Origin: Acidobacteriota bacterium
Lineage (GTDB): Bacteria; Acidobacteriota; CAIWXX01
Reading direction: 5' to 3'
Assembly (NCBI GenBank): GCA_040755995.1
Contig: JBFMAF010000026.1
Span: 76,889-140,888, forward strand
DNA length: 64,000 nt
The notes beneath the pieces were generated by a model that saw nothing but the letters and a program-made list of their open reading frames with translations, had not been told where the DNA came from and did not search any database. The translations under genes were made by a program, and so were the position numbers. Below, one piece after another: positions 8,821 to 19,191 of the stretch (position 1 is the stretch's first letter; every line of letters starts with the position of its first letter).

Positions 8821-10205
8821 TACTGGGCGGCCAGGACCAGGTCATACATACGGCGGACACCGCCGAGGTAGCTGGCGAGCGGGATCCGTTCGTCGTTGGA
8901 ATGCCCGAGCTGCTGGGCGGTCTCCAGCTTGAACGGTTCGAACCCGTAGCAGGTGATCCCTAGCTTCCTGAAGTAGCCGGCGTCGGTGCTGTTCGCCAGA
9001 AGCGGTGTCGTTACGATGGCGCCCTTGTCGTACTGGCCCGCGATCTTGACGATGGCCTTGAAGAGGTCGGTAGTGACGGGCGAGAGGCTGCTCTCGCCGA
9101 GCAGCAGGGGGTGGACCTCGACGCCTGTGCCGTCCATAAGCGTCTGGAGCTTGGAGACGAAGTCGAGCGGGCTCTCACCCGGAAGGAGCCTGCAATCCAA
9201 CGTGGCGGTCGCCTCTGCCGGAATAATGCTCGCCCTGGATCCCGGCGTATTGAAGGACGTGACGGCCACCGTACTCTTCAGCATCGGTCCGTAGTCAGGA
9301 TTCTTCTCGACCGCGCTCAAGAACCCCGCGTTCTTAATGCTCTCGCGGATATTGAGGAACTGCTGCTTGCGCTCTCCGACCTGCAGCTTGGACAGATCCT
9401 GGAAGAACTTCTCGACGGTCGGCACCAACTTGACCTCGCTCTTGAATGCGAAGATGCGCTGGAGGGCCATCGCCAGCTTCTCGATCGCGGTGGGCTCGAA
9501 GGGGGGGAACGCCGCAAGCGCGGCCGGGCCTTTCGCCCGCAGCTCCAGCCAGCACGTAGTCTTCTCCGTCGGGCTGACTCCGTAATAGGCCACCTTCCCC
9601 TCGCTCATTCGAATGACGCTGCCCTGACCCAGCAGAAACTCCGCTCTCTCAATGAGCGTCTTGTGTTCCTTGGTGGACGTTATCCACCCGGCACCCGCCG
9701 AAGATCCGCCCTCGGCGTCGGCAACTGCCAGGAAGATCACCTGCCGGTTAAGCTTGGCCTTGGTGCGCTTCAACAGGAGCATGGTCATCAGCTGCGCCAT
9801 GCCGAGGCTCTTGTCGTCGATAGCTCCACGCCCCCAGACACTACCATCCTTGACCACACCGGCAAACGGGTCTTCTTTCCAGTATCTGCGTTCCGCGGGC
9901 GCGACATCGATGTGGTTGAGCAGGATGATCGGGCGCTTCTTTCCGCCCGTATCTATATAGGCGAAGAGATTGCCACGACCGGGCTTTGATTCGAGCAGGC
10001 GGCAGCGGATTGCCTCTTTCTCGAGCAGCGACTGCAGGTACTTGGCCGCCGCCGTTTCGTTGCCTGGCGGATTGGTGGTATCGATCCGGAGGTATTGCTG
10101 CAGATAGTCCGTGGCCTCCTTCTCCACCACCTTCCAGTCCACTCGTGCGGCACCCATCGCGGGCAAAGGGATCAATAGGGCGCAGAGCGCCAAGATGCGT
10201 TTCAT
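8820..10205 (-). CDS. Secreted M20/M25/M40-family metallohydrolase homologue with atypical active site
   Basis: Signal peptide; RIDTTNPPGNE, LNHIDV, WGRGAIDDK, DCRLLPG, HSNDERI. Confidence 0.85.
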   Translation of the reverse strand: MKRILALCALLIPLPAMGAARVDWKVVEKEATDYLQQYLRIDTTNPPGNETAAAKYLQSLLEKEAIRCRLLESKPGRGNLFAYIDTGGKKRPIILLNHIDVAPAERRYWKEDPFAGVVKDGSVWGRGAIDDKSLGMAQLMTMLLLKRTKAKLNRQVIFLAVADAEGGSSAGAGWITSTKEHKTLIERAEFLLGQGSVIRMSEGKVAYYGVSPTEKTTCWLELRAKGPAALAAFPPFEPTAIEKLAMALQRIFAFKSEVKLVPTVEKFFQDLSKLQVGERKQQFLNIRESIKNAGFLSAVEKNPDYGPMLKSTVAVTSFNTPGSRASIIPAEATATLDCRLLPGESPLDFVSKLQTLMDGTGVEVHPLLLGESSLSPVTTDLFKAIVKIAGQYDKGAIVTTPLLANSTDAGYFRKLGITCYGFEPFKLETAQQLGHSNDERIPLASYLGGVRRMYDLVLAAQ

Positions 10206-10446
10206 GCTTGCTCTCCTATCGAAAATCGAAAAAAACCGCAGAGACGGCCAGTTGATCTCGGTCCGGCAGACCGTGTTGCATCGATGCGGCCCAGGCTGCC
10301 GCTGGGATCACCAGCTGACGATTCGGGCATTCTTGCTAGCAAGGTCATTTCCTGGGTTTTTCAGTTCGACTCATTATACGTAGAGCCTATGGGAAAGTGA
10401 AGCCCCCGTTGTGGAGCCGCGAAGCTCTGTATAGAATGCCAGTGCA

Positions 10447-11190
10447 ATGATCATCAGCAGTCGAGAGAACAGGCTCGTGAAGACGATCGCCGGGTACCTG
10501 GCCGGTCGCATACGCAAACCCTGGGTGGTGGTCGAGGGGCGGAAGAGCGTTCGGGAGATGCTGGATCTGGGCTTGAAGCCCGCCCACCTGATCGTCACAC
10601 AGGAGCACGACCACGTGGCGGAGGCGTACGGCGCACTGACTATCGTGACCGCACCGTTGTTCAAGGCTCTTAGCACCGTGCGGGAACCACAGGGCATACT
10701 GGCGGTATTCGAGGTCAAGGAGACGCCGGTTTCAGAGCTTGCCTGCCGGCCGGGGATGCTGCTGGTGCTGGACGGAATCCAGGATCCGGGGAATGTGGGG
10801 ACGATCATTCGCACGGCGGCGGCTTTCGATGCAGCTGGTGTGATCCTTGGTAGTGGCTGCGCGTCCCCGTATTCGCCCAAAACCTCCCGTAGCTCAACAG
10901 GCACCGTCGCGCGCGTGGCCATTTGCCAGGTTCGGGATTCGGCTACCGCGATAGCCGCCTTGGCGGAGGCGAGGAGATGGATCGCCGCTGTTCCAGCGGG
11001 AGGCAAGACACCAGCACAATGCCGTCTGGGCCCTGACTGCGGGCTCATACTGGGCGGGGAAGGCGCGGGACTCTCTGATGCCATGCTCCGGCGCGCCGAC
11101 GCCCTGGTCACGATACCGATCTCCGTTGAGTCGCTAAACGTCGCCGTCGCAGCCGGCATCCTCATGCACGAGGCGCGGCGTGCGCCGTAG
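10447..11190 (+). CDS. TrmH/SpoU-family RNA methyltransferase
   Basis: LDGIQDPGNVGTIIRTA, LGGEGAGL, VESLNVAVAAGI. Confidence 0.92.
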   Translation: MIISSRENRLVKTIAGYLAGRIRKPWVVVEGRKSVREMLDLGLKPAHLIVTQEHDHVAEAYGALTIVTAPLFKALSTVREPQGILAVFEVKETPVSELACRPGMLLVLDGIQDPGNVGTIIRTAAAFDAAGVILGSGCASPYSPKTSRSSTGTVARVAICQVRDSATAIAALAEARRWIAAVPAGGKTPAQCRLGPDCGLILGGEGAGLSDAMLRRADALVTIPISVESLNVAVAAGILMHEARRAP

Positions 11191-11383
11191 GCCGAGGTGT
11201 GCCGCCACGAAGTCGATACCGCCGGACTTGTGAGGGATGCACATGCTTGACGTGTGTCGGGAATTCGATATTGTAGAGTCAGACTGAATGCGGAGCTGCG
11301 TCAGGGTTCCGGACCAGGAGAGAGGGCAGTATTGATGGCAGCGCAACCAGTGCTCATGCGCTTTCCAGTGTAGGGGTCGTGGT

Positions 11384-13945
11384 ATGTTTTGGCAGCGTCT
11401 GCGCGAGGTCTTGGGCATGGAGTCGAACCGTCGCCGACCGCCCAGCATTTCGGAGAGATTCTCCCTCTTCAGGGAAATCGGCTCTGCCAACGACGAATTC
11501 CTCAGACGCCTGGCGGAGATGATGGAGGACGGAGCCGCAGGCAGGAGGATGGGGACGACGCGGGCGATCTACGAATCGCTGAGCGCGCCCATCGGCACCA
11601 TGGTCAGGGCACTTGCTTCCATGTCCGGCGGCGGCTATCCGGATCTTCTGGTTCGCCATGAGACATTGGATGGTGAGTTCAGGGCGGAGCTGCTGAAGGA
11701 GCAAGCTCAGGAGACCGGGCCGCTGGTCGTCACTCCGGACCACCCGGACGCTCTCCGGCCGGATCTCGTCGGACCGAAGGCCGCCCGTCTGGCCGAAGTG
11801 ATGACCCGCGCCGGCCTGCATGTGCCTCCTTTCTTCGCTGTCACCGTCTCCGGCTATCGTCGATTCATGAACGGTACGGGCTTGCAGAACCTGGTCGCTG
11901 CAACGATTTGGTCCACCGACTTGCGAGACAGGCGGCAGCTTCGCGACGCCTGCGAGAAGTGCCGCTCGGCCATCGAGGCTGCGCGCCTGCCGGTGGACCT
12001 GGAGGAGAACATGCGCCAGGCCTTCCGGGCGCTCCGTGAGAAGCACCCCGGCAAGTACGGTGTGGCCGTACGGTCGAGCGCGACGGTGGAGGACAGCGAG
12101 AGCTCGTTTGCCGGCCAGTTCGAAAGTGTCTTGAACGTCACAGAGGAAGGGCTTGCGCAGGCGTACAAGCAGGTAGTCGCCAGCAAGTATCGATTCGAGG
12201 CGCTGCAGTATGCAGTCGCGAGAGGGTTCCTGGATGACGACGTCGCCATGCCTGTAATGGTAATGGCGATGGTGCAACCGACAGCGGCCGGAGTGGCATA
12301 CTCGCGCGACGCGGAGCATCCGGACTGCAGGGTAGTGACGGCGGTCCGAGGGCTGGCGCAGCCACTCGTCGACGGACGCGCCATCCCTGACCGGTTCGTG
12401 GTCTCCCGATCGACACCGGCCGAAATCGTAGAGATGTTGCTGGGCCCGCAGACGCTGCAGCTCCGGTGCGCACAAGATGGCGGCATCGAGGAGATGTCGC
12501 AGGAGGAGCCGGGGCCTGGAACGGCTTCCATCGAGCCCGAGGTAGCGCGCCGGATTGCGCACGTGGCAGGAGGACTCGAGCGCCACTTCGGCGAGCCGCA
12601 GGACATCGAGTGGGCTCTGGATGAGAATGGAGATCTCATGATCGTACAGACGCGGCCACTCCACACCGCAGCGGCGGAAGCGGAGGGAAGCGAAGAAGCC
12701 CGAGCGCTGATCGAAGGGTACCGCGTTCTGGCTCGGGCGGCGATTCGCGCGTCTGGAGGCACGGCGTGCGGGCAAGTCCACCGCGTCGCCGACCCAACCG
12801 CCGTAGTCGACGTGCCGAATGATTCGGTGCTGGTCGTCCCGCACACGTCCCCCCGCCTGGCGGGTTTCATGGGGAGCATCCGCGCAATCGTGGCAGCGAC
12901 AGGAAGCCCCACCGGGCACATGGCCACCGTGGCCCGTGAATTCGGCGTGCCGTGCCTGGTCGGAATCGAGACATCTCTGAGCAGCCTGCAAGAAGGCATG
13001 GTCGTGACGGTGGATGCATGGTCCAAAGTCGTCTACGAGGGAGAAGTTCCGGAGGTCCTCCAGAGCCCGGCGGCTCGATCCGGCCACACCGGGGCCCGCC
13101 GCGATCCTCTGCGCGAATCCGCCGAACGACTGCTCAGCCGCGTCGCGCCGCTGACCTTGACCGACCCCGAGTCCCCGGAGTTCGTCCCCGCGAACTGCCA
13201 GACTCTCCACGACTTCGCACGCTTCGTTCACCAACGGGCCATGATCGAGATGTTCGAGGTCCAGTCGCTGTCCGCGAGGGAGCGGCGCCATGCCCGCCGC
13301 CTCGCATGGAAGGTTCCGATGGAGGTGGTGCTGCTCGACCTCGGGGGCGGTGTCGAACAGGATGGGGGATTCCGAGTGCCGATCGAGAAGGTCGTCTCGG
13401 TCCCACTGTGCGCTCTGATCGAAGGCATGACCGATCCCCGGCTGCGCTGGGCCGGCCCGGTGGGCTTCGACCTGAAAGGCTTCATGTCGGTGGTTGTGCG
13501 GAGCGCTGCCGACGACCAGCGATATGGCGAGCCGAGTTACGCCATATGCTCGAAGGATTACGTCCACTTCTCCTCGCGGCTGGCCTACCACTTCGCCACC
13601 GTCGACTCCGTCTGCGGCGCGTCCGTGAATGAGAACTACGCCCGCTTCCTCTTTTACGGCGGCGCTGCCATCTCGGCGCGGCGCGAATGGCGCGCCCACT
13701 TCCTCGCCAAGGTCCTCCAGTCCAATGGATTCAACGTGAAGCTCACGGGAGACCGCGTGGAGGCCGTACTGGCGAAGAGAGCGGCCGATGTGTTGGAGGA
13801 GACATTGGTGATGCTGGGACGCCTGATGGTCGCCTCGCGCCACCTCGACATGCTCATGGAAAGCTCGGCCACCGCCGAGCTGTTCTCTCGTGCCTTCCTC
13901 TCAGGCGACTTCGGCTTCGAAACCGTGCGCAAGCTGGGACCCTAG
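11384..13945 (+). CDS. PEP-synthase/dikinase-like protein 1 (ATP-grasp, phospho-His swivel, uncharacterised C-domain)
   Basis: VGPKAARL, AVRSSATVEDSESSFAGQF, QDIEWA, QTRP, GSPTGHMATVAREFGVP; no PEP/pyruvate TIM-barrel motifs recognised. Confidence 0.9.
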   Translation: MFWQRLREVLGMESNRRRPPSISERFSLFREIGSANDEFLRRLAEMMEDGAAGRRMGTTRAIYESLSAPIGTMVRALASMSGGGYPDLLVRHETLDGEFRAELLKEQAQETGPLVVTPDHPDALRPDLVGPKAARLAEVMTRAGLHVPPFFAVTVSGYRRFMNGTGLQNLVAATIWSTDLRDRRQLRDACEKCRSAIEAARLPVDLEENMRQAFRALREKHPGKYGVAVRSSATVEDSESSFAGQFESVLNVTEEGLAQAYKQVVASKYRFEALQYAVARGFLDDDVAMPVMVMAMVQPTAAGVAYSRDAEHPDCRVVTAVRGLAQPLVDGRAIPDRFVVSRSTPAEIVEMLLGPQTLQLRCAQDGGIEEMSQEEPGPGTASIEPEVARRIAHVAGGLERHFGEPQDIEWALDENGDLMIVQTRPLHTAAAEAEGSEEARALIEGYRVLARAAIRASGGTACGQVHRVADPTAVVDVPNDSVLVVPHTSPRLAGFMGSIRAIVAATGSPTGHMATVAREFGVPCLVGIETSLSSLQEGMVVTVDAWSKVVYEGEVPEVLQSPAARSGHTGARRDPLRESAERLLSRVAPLTLTDPESPEFVPANCQTLHDFARFVHQRAMIEMFEVQSLSARERRHARRLAWKVPMEVVLLDLGGGVEQDGGFRVPIEKVVSVPLCALIEGMTDPRLRWAGPVGFDLKGFMSVVVRSAADDQRYGEPSYAICSKDYVHFSSRLAYHFATVDSVCGASVNENYARFLFYGGAAISARREWRAHFLAKVLQSNGFNVKLTGDRVEAVLAKRAADVLEETLVMLGRLMVASRHLDMLMESSATAELFSRAFLSGDFGFETVRKLGP

Positions 13946-14101
13946 TCGGCTCGAGGCGAAGAAGATGCTGCCATCGAGTCGAGTCTGCGGGGCGGCGCAT
14001 CAGTGCCACTCTCTACTCTCCACCCTCTACTCTCTACGCGAGGCGCGGCCGACGCAGCCTCGCGTTGTTATTCGGTCCGAGGCCGCGCCTCGTTAGGGAA
14101 C

Positions 14102-16705
14102 ATGGGATTTCTGCGGAACCTGTTCATCCGCCGCCCTCCCGTCCGCGAGGTGCTGCGGCAGAAGTACAAGAGCTTTCGCCGCCTGCTCGCGACCAACGGC
14201 GCCGTGCTCGAGTTGATCACAGATCTGGAGGGTGCGATCGCGTCGGGCACGGGCATGTCTTCGGAAAAGCTCAGGGCGCTTCTGGATACGATGGAGGAGC
14301 GAGTCCGGTCGATGGTGCAGGATCTGAACGTGATCGCCGAGGGCCGGTACGCGAGCCTCGCGCAGAACGTCGCCAGGATCTCGGCGGAGATCGAGGAGGC
14401 GCTCAGGAGCGTGCGCGGCACCGCTGTGACGCCCGCGTGTCTCCCTCTCGAGGATGTAAACCGCGCTCTCGCCGACGCCGTCGGCGGGAAGGTCGCGAAC
14501 CTGGGCGAGGTTCGAAATGTAGTAGGTCTCCCGGTGCCCTTTGGCTTTGCCGTGACGGCGTTCGCCTACAGGTCTTTCATCGAAGGTGCGGGACTGCAGG
14601 GTCGCATCACGGAGCTGTGGAACTCCATCGACTGGGACGACCTTTCAACTGTGACGCGTGCTTCCGGCGAGATCCGTCGTCTGGTGCTCGGGGCCGAACT
14701 GCCGCAGGACGTGCGCGAGAACATCACGCTGGCCGCCCACGATCTCTATCGAAAGGCGCCGGGCCGGCCGCGCATCTCACTGCGCTCGAGCGCGATCGGC
14801 GAGGACAGCTACGCATCTTTCGCAGGGCAGTATGCCACCTACCTGAATGTGCCGCTTGAACAGGTGTTGAGGCGCTATCGAGAGACGGTGGCGAGCAAGT
14901 TCAGCGCGCGGGCGCTGGTCTACATGCATTCGAAGGGCTTCCGCGAGGAAGATCTCGCCATGAGCGTCGGCTGCTTCTTGATGGTGGATGCCGTCGCCGC
15001 GGGGGTGGCATACTCGGTGAACCCGTCCGACTCGAACCTCGACACCATGGTGATCAGCGCCGTCTGGGGGCTTGGCAGACCCGTTGTCGACGGGTCAGTC
15101 ACCCCTGACACCTACCTGCTGCCTCGGAGGCATGGAGGAGGCGGGCCGCAGCTGACGGTGGTCCGGAAGCCCACTCGCCTCGTAGCGGGCCCGCAGGAAG
15201 GTGTCGTGGAGGAGAACGTCCCGGAGGAGATGCAGGACAGCCCGTGTCTCACCGAAGAGCAGATACACAAGCTGGGGGAGTACGTCAGGGCGCTCGAGAA
15301 CCACTACCGCGCGCCTCAGGACGTGGAATGGGCGCTGGATCGCCAGGGCCGGCTCTTCATTCTGCAGACGCGCCCGCTGAGCTTGCCGGGCGGATTGGAC
15401 GAACTGAAGGTCGACGAGTCGGCGCTCGCGCGCTACACCGTGCTGCTCACCGGCGGGGTGACCGCCTGCCCCGGGGTGGGCGCGGGCCCCGTCTCGAGGG
15501 TGGGGGTCGACGACGACCTCGCCCGATTCCCGCAGGGCGGAGTCCTGGTCGCTCTGCAGAACTCGCCGCGGTTCGTGCAGGTGATGAATCGAGCCGCAGC
15601 GATCGTTACCCAGGTCGGCAGCGCCACGGGTCACATGGCCTCCCTCACGCGCGAGTACAGGGTCCCGACGATCACCAACTTGGTGCAGGCCGCGGCACTG
15701 GAAAACGGGACCGTGATCACAGTTGACGCGACTCATTGCCGCATCCTGGCCGGGCGCGCGGAGGAGCTCATCCTGGCAAGCGGGGCATCCCGCCCATCGC
15801 AACGCGACCTGCCATCGCTTGCTGTGCTCGGGCGCATCGCAGGACGCATCACGCGCCTGAATCTGACCGATCCTTCCAAGAACTCCTTCCGCGCCAAGAA
15901 CTGCCGTACCTACCATGATGTGGTCCGGTTCTGTCACGAGATGGCCATCTCCGAGATGTTCAACATCAGCGACCCCCGGAGCCTCCGTGACCGCGGGATG
16001 GCATTCCGGCTGCAAACGACGCTGCCCGGCGAGATCTATCTTATCGACCTGGGTGGAGGCGCAAACGTCGCGGCCGGCAGCCGCCTTGTCGCCCCCGAGC
16101 AAGTCATATCCATACCGATGCGTGCCCTGTATCGGGGAATGACGACCCCGGGCGTTCTGTGGGCGGATATCCGCCAAGCCGGCCCTCCTGACGCCTTTTC
16201 GATCTGGCTGGATTCGACTCTCGATGCGGCGCACGACGAGGCTGTCTTCAGTGAAAGCTCTTACGCTCTCGTCGGCGCCAACTACGTCAACTTCGGCTCT
16301 CGTCTCGGGTATCACCTGACGACGCTGGAGGCCGTGTGCAGCGAGACGAACCAGGAGAATTCCATCATCTTCCGATTCAAGGGGGGGGCGGCCGACCTCA
16401 GGCGCCGGGAGCGGCGCGTCCGGTTCATCGGCGAGGTGATGCAGGCGCACGGATTCGAAGTCGTGCGTCGACAGGATCTGCTCAATGCCTGGGTCAACGG
16501 GCTGCCGCAGCACAGAACTGAGGACCTGCTCGCGATGCTCGGGCGGCTCATCGGATGCGCTCGCCAGCTCGACGTGGTCATGGACACCGAAGCCACGGTC
16601 GCAGCGTGCGTGGAAGCGTTCATGCGCGGAGACTACGCGTTCTTCGAGTTCCGCCGGCCGGGCGGTTCGAAATTCGTGGATTCGGAGAGCATCAAGCGTG
16701 TATAA
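14102..16705 (+). CDS. PEP-synthase/dikinase-like protein 2 (paralogue of 11384..13945)
   Basis: VGGKVANLGE, RSSAIGEDSYASFAGQY, QDVEWA, QTRP, GSATGHMASLTREYRVP; start chosen at MGFLRNLF. Confidence 0.9.
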   Translation: MGFLRNLFIRRPPVREVLRQKYKSFRRLLATNGAVLELITDLEGAIASGTGMSSEKLRALLDTMEERVRSMVQDLNVIAEGRYASLAQNVARISAEIEEALRSVRGTAVTPACLPLEDVNRALADAVGGKVANLGEVRNVVGLPVPFGFAVTAFAYRSFIEGAGLQGRITELWNSIDWDDLSTVTRASGEIRRLVLGAELPQDVRENITLAAHDLYRKAPGRPRISLRSSAIGEDSYASFAGQYATYLNVPLEQVLRRYRETVASKFSARALVYMHSKGFREEDLAMSVGCFLMVDAVAAGVAYSVNPSDSNLDTMVISAVWGLGRPVVDGSVTPDTYLLPRRHGGGGPQLTVVRKPTRLVAGPQEGVVEENVPEEMQDSPCLTEEQIHKLGEYVRALENHYRAPQDVEWALDRQGRLFILQTRPLSLPGGLDELKVDESALARYTVLLTGGVTACPGVGAGPVSRVGVDDDLARFPQGGVLVALQNSPRFVQVMNRAAAIVTQVGSATGHMASLTREYRVPTITNLVQAAALENGTVITVDATHCRILAGRAEELILASGASRPSQRDLPSLAVLGRIAGRITRLNLTDPSKNSFRAKNCRTYHDVVRFCHEMAISEMFNISDPRSLRDRGMAFRLQTTLPGEIYLIDLGGGANVAAGSRLVAPEQVISIPMRALYRGMTTPGVLWADIRQAGPPDAFSIWLDSTLDAAHDEAVFSESSYALVGANYVNFGSRLGYHLTTLEAVCSETNQENSIIFRFKGGAADLRRRERRVRFIGEVMQAHGFEVVRRQDLLNAWVNGLPQHRTEDLLAMLGRLIGCARQLDVVMDTEATVAACVEAFMRGDYAFFEFRRPGGSKFVDSESIKRV

Positions 16706-16828
16706 TGACTTCCCGCGATGAAGCAGATGGACGCTCGCCGCGGGGACTCCGATCATCACCACAGGCGCATCCGTCAATCGTATGTCTGCGACTGGCCGTG
16801 CGGCGGGGCGCACCGGGACGCGGAGGGT

Positions 16829-16897
16829 GCTATACAGCGCGTCATAAGTCCACAGCAGATTCAACCGCTCGACGCAGTGTATGACGCGCTGTATAGC
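16829..16897. repeat. Perfect 18-bp inverted repeat upstream of sulP (copy 1 of a shared cis element)
   Basis: gctatacagcgcgtcata (16829-16846) / tatgacgcgctgtatagc (16880-16897), 33-nt spacer. Confidence 0.85.
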
Positions 16898-17010
16898 CGC
16901 GTTCTCAGGCTCTGCGCTCCCGTCTGTTGCAGTGCGCTACGCGCAGGCGCGGGTGATCAATCGGTCATTTCCACGCCCACCGGCGCATCGATACGCCGCA
17001 GAGGTGTGGA

Positions 17011-19188
17011 ATGCTGAAGCGGGTTTTCCCGTTTCTGGAATGGTTCAGGAGCTACGATCTCGGGAACCTGCGGGCTGATGTCATCGCGGGGCTGACCGTT
17101 GCCCTGGTGTTGATACCGCAGTCGATGGCGTACGCGCAGCTCGCGGGGCTGCCGGCGTACTACGGTCTTTACGCTTCGTTCCTGCCGCCGATCGCGGCCT
17201 CGCTGTTCGGGTCTAGCCGCCAGCTCGCTACGGGTCCGGTGGCTGTGGTTTCGCTGATGACGGCGGCGGCTCTGGAGCCGTTCGCGACGCGAGGCAGTGA
17301 TGCCTTCGTCGCGTACGCGATTCTGATGGCGCTGGTTGTGGGGCTTCTGCAGTTGGCGCTGGGCATCCTGAGGCTGGGCCTCGTGGTGAATTTCCTCAGC
17401 CATCCGGTGGTGAACGGTTTCACAAACGGGGCCGCCATCATCATAGCGACATCTCAGCTTTCCAAGATCTTCGGTGTCTACGTGGATGAAGCCGAGCATC
17501 ACTACGAGACGATCTACCGCGTAGTCAAGGCTGCGCTTGCATACACCCACTGGCCCTCGTTCGCGCTTGCGGTGCTGGCGTTCGCGCTGATGTATGGGAT
17601 CAAGCGATTCAATCCTAGAATTCCGTATGTGCTGGTGGCCGTCATCGTCACGGCATTTATCGCGTGGATGACGGGGTTCGAGCACGACGTGAAGGTCGGG
17701 ATATCCGCGATTCAATCGGAGGGTGTGAAGGCGAAGATACGCGAGTTCAACCGCACGATCGCTGAGATTGACGAGGTTGGGGCTGAGCGAGCCGCCCTGG
17801 GGGCGCGGATAATGGATGTCGAGGAGAAGGGTGGATCCCATTCGTTGGAGCTGCTGGAGCTTCGTCACCGTAGTGACGAGATCACGTTGCGGCTGGAGGA
17901 TCTCAAGGAAGGGAACTATTTCCAGCGGGATTATCTACGTTCGCTGCATTTCGTGGGGACGGCTGGGGCGGACGGTGACCTGCTGCTATGTCTGGCAGGA
18001 GAAGCGCCTGCGGACGCTGCGGTCGATGGAAAGTACTACCGGATTCGTGCGGCCAATCGCACGATCGACGAATCGAAGATCACGTTCATTGGTGGCGGTT
18101 CACTGGTGGGGGTCGTGCCGAAGGGGATACCTCTGCCGAAGGTGCCGGCCATCGACATGAGGGTCATGCTGCAGCTGCTGCCTGTCGCCGCCGTCATCTC
18201 GCTGCTCGGCTTCATGGAGGCAATCTCGATTGCAAAGGCCATGGCCGCCAAGACCGGGCAGCGGCTTGACCCGAATCAGGAGCTCATCGGGCAGGGGTTG
18301 GCGAATATCATGGGCGCGGCGACCCAAGGCTACCCGGTCTCAGGCTCCTTCTCTCGATCCGCCGTCAACCTGCAGGCGGGTGCAGTGACGGGGATGTCGA
18401 GCGTGTTTACCGGAGGCATCGTTCTCATCACCCTTCTGTTCCTGACGCCGACGCTTTATTACATTCCACAGTCGGTGCTCGCAGCAATCATCATGATGGC
18501 TGTGGTGAGCCTCTTGAACGTGCGTGGCTTCGTCCACGCGTGGCATGCCCAGAAATACGACGGACTTTTTGCTGTGATCAGCTTCGTCGCTACGCTGGTC
18601 TTCGCCCCGCACCTGGACAAGGGGATCATGTTCGGCGTTGCGCTGTCGCTCGGACACTACCTCTACCGGAACATGAAGCCGGGCGTGGCGAGTCTGTCCA
18701 TGCACCCGGACTGCTCGCTGAGAGACGCAGAGCGCTGGAACCTCAGGCAGTGCAAGTACATGGCGGTGATCCGTTTCGACGGGCCGCTTTTCTTCGCAAA
18801 CACGAGCTACCTGGAGGACCGGATTACGGAACGGATCAAGGCTATGCCGGAGCTGAGGCACGTGCTGATTGTGGCTCACGGCATCAACGAGCTCGACGCC
18901 TCGGGCGAGGAGATGCTCTCACTGTTGGTGGACCGCCTGCGGGCGGCCGGGTACGAGCTGTCGTTCAGCGGGTTGAAGGACACGGTTGTGGACGTCTTGA
19001 AGCGTACCCACCTTTATGAAAAGATAGGTGGAGAGCACATGTATCCCACGCAAGCCATCGCTCTGGATGCGATCCACGCCCGCGCGCACGTGGATTCCGA
19101 CGAAGAGGAATGCCCGCTGGTCACCGTCTGCCCCATCGAGAGGTTCAGGGCAATGGAGATGGCCAGGACCATGGAGGCAAGGAGATAG
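17011..19188 (+). CDS. sulP: SulP/SLC26 anion permease with STAS domain and a large soluble insertion
   Basis: AGLTVALVLIPQSMAYAQLAGLP..YGLY, NQELIGQGLAN, GSFSRSA, RFDGPLFFAN. Confidence 0.93.
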   Translation: MLKRVFPFLEWFRSYDLGNLRADVIAGLTVALVLIPQSMAYAQLAGLPAYYGLYASFLPPIAASLFGSSRQLATGPVAVVSLMTAAALEPFATRGSDAFVAYAILMALVVGLLQLALGILRLGLVVNFLSHPVVNGFTNGAAIIIATSQLSKIFGVYVDEAEHHYETIYRVVKAALAYTHWPSFALAVLAFALMYGIKRFNPRIPYVLVAVIVTAFIAWMTGFEHDVKVGISAIQSEGVKAKIREFNRTIAEIDEVGAERAALGARIMDVEEKGGSHSLELLELRHRSDEITLRLEDLKEGNYFQRDYLRSLHFVGTAGADGDLLLCLAGEAPADAAVDGKYYRIRAANRTIDESKITFIGGGSLVGVVPKGIPLPKVPAIDMRVMLQLLPVAAVISLLGFMEAISIAKAMAAKTGQRLDPNQELIGQGLANIMGAATQGYPVSGSFSRSAVNLQAGAVTGMSSVFTGGIVLITLLFLTPTLYYIPQSVLAAIIMMAVVSLLNVRGFVHAWHAQKYDGLFAVISFVATLVFAPHLDKGIMFGVALSLGHYLYRNMKPGVASLSMHPDCSLRDAERWNLRQCKYMAVIRFDGPLFFANTSYLEDRITERIKAMPELRHVLIVAHGINELDASGEEMLSLLVDRLRAAGYELSFSGLKDTVVDVLKRTHLYEKIGGEHMYPTQAIALDAIHARAHVDSDEEECPLVTVCPIERFRAMEMARTMEARR

Positions 19189-19191
19189 TCC

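Noticed and set aside
11384..16705. Calling the pair ppsA (PEP synthase)
   Set aside because: The C-terminal PEP/pyruvate-binding barrel motifs are not recognisable, so the symbol is unsupported
11354..16864. Long antisense ORFs (829, 589 and 390 aa) and similar ones opposite fhs, the P-type ATPase and NtrC
   Set aside because: Shadow frames of GC-rich coding genes; no motifs, biased composition
16718..17017. 99-aa ORF sharing IQRVISPQQI with ORF 59039..59368
   Set aside because: The shared peptide is just the translated cis repeat; no other coding signal
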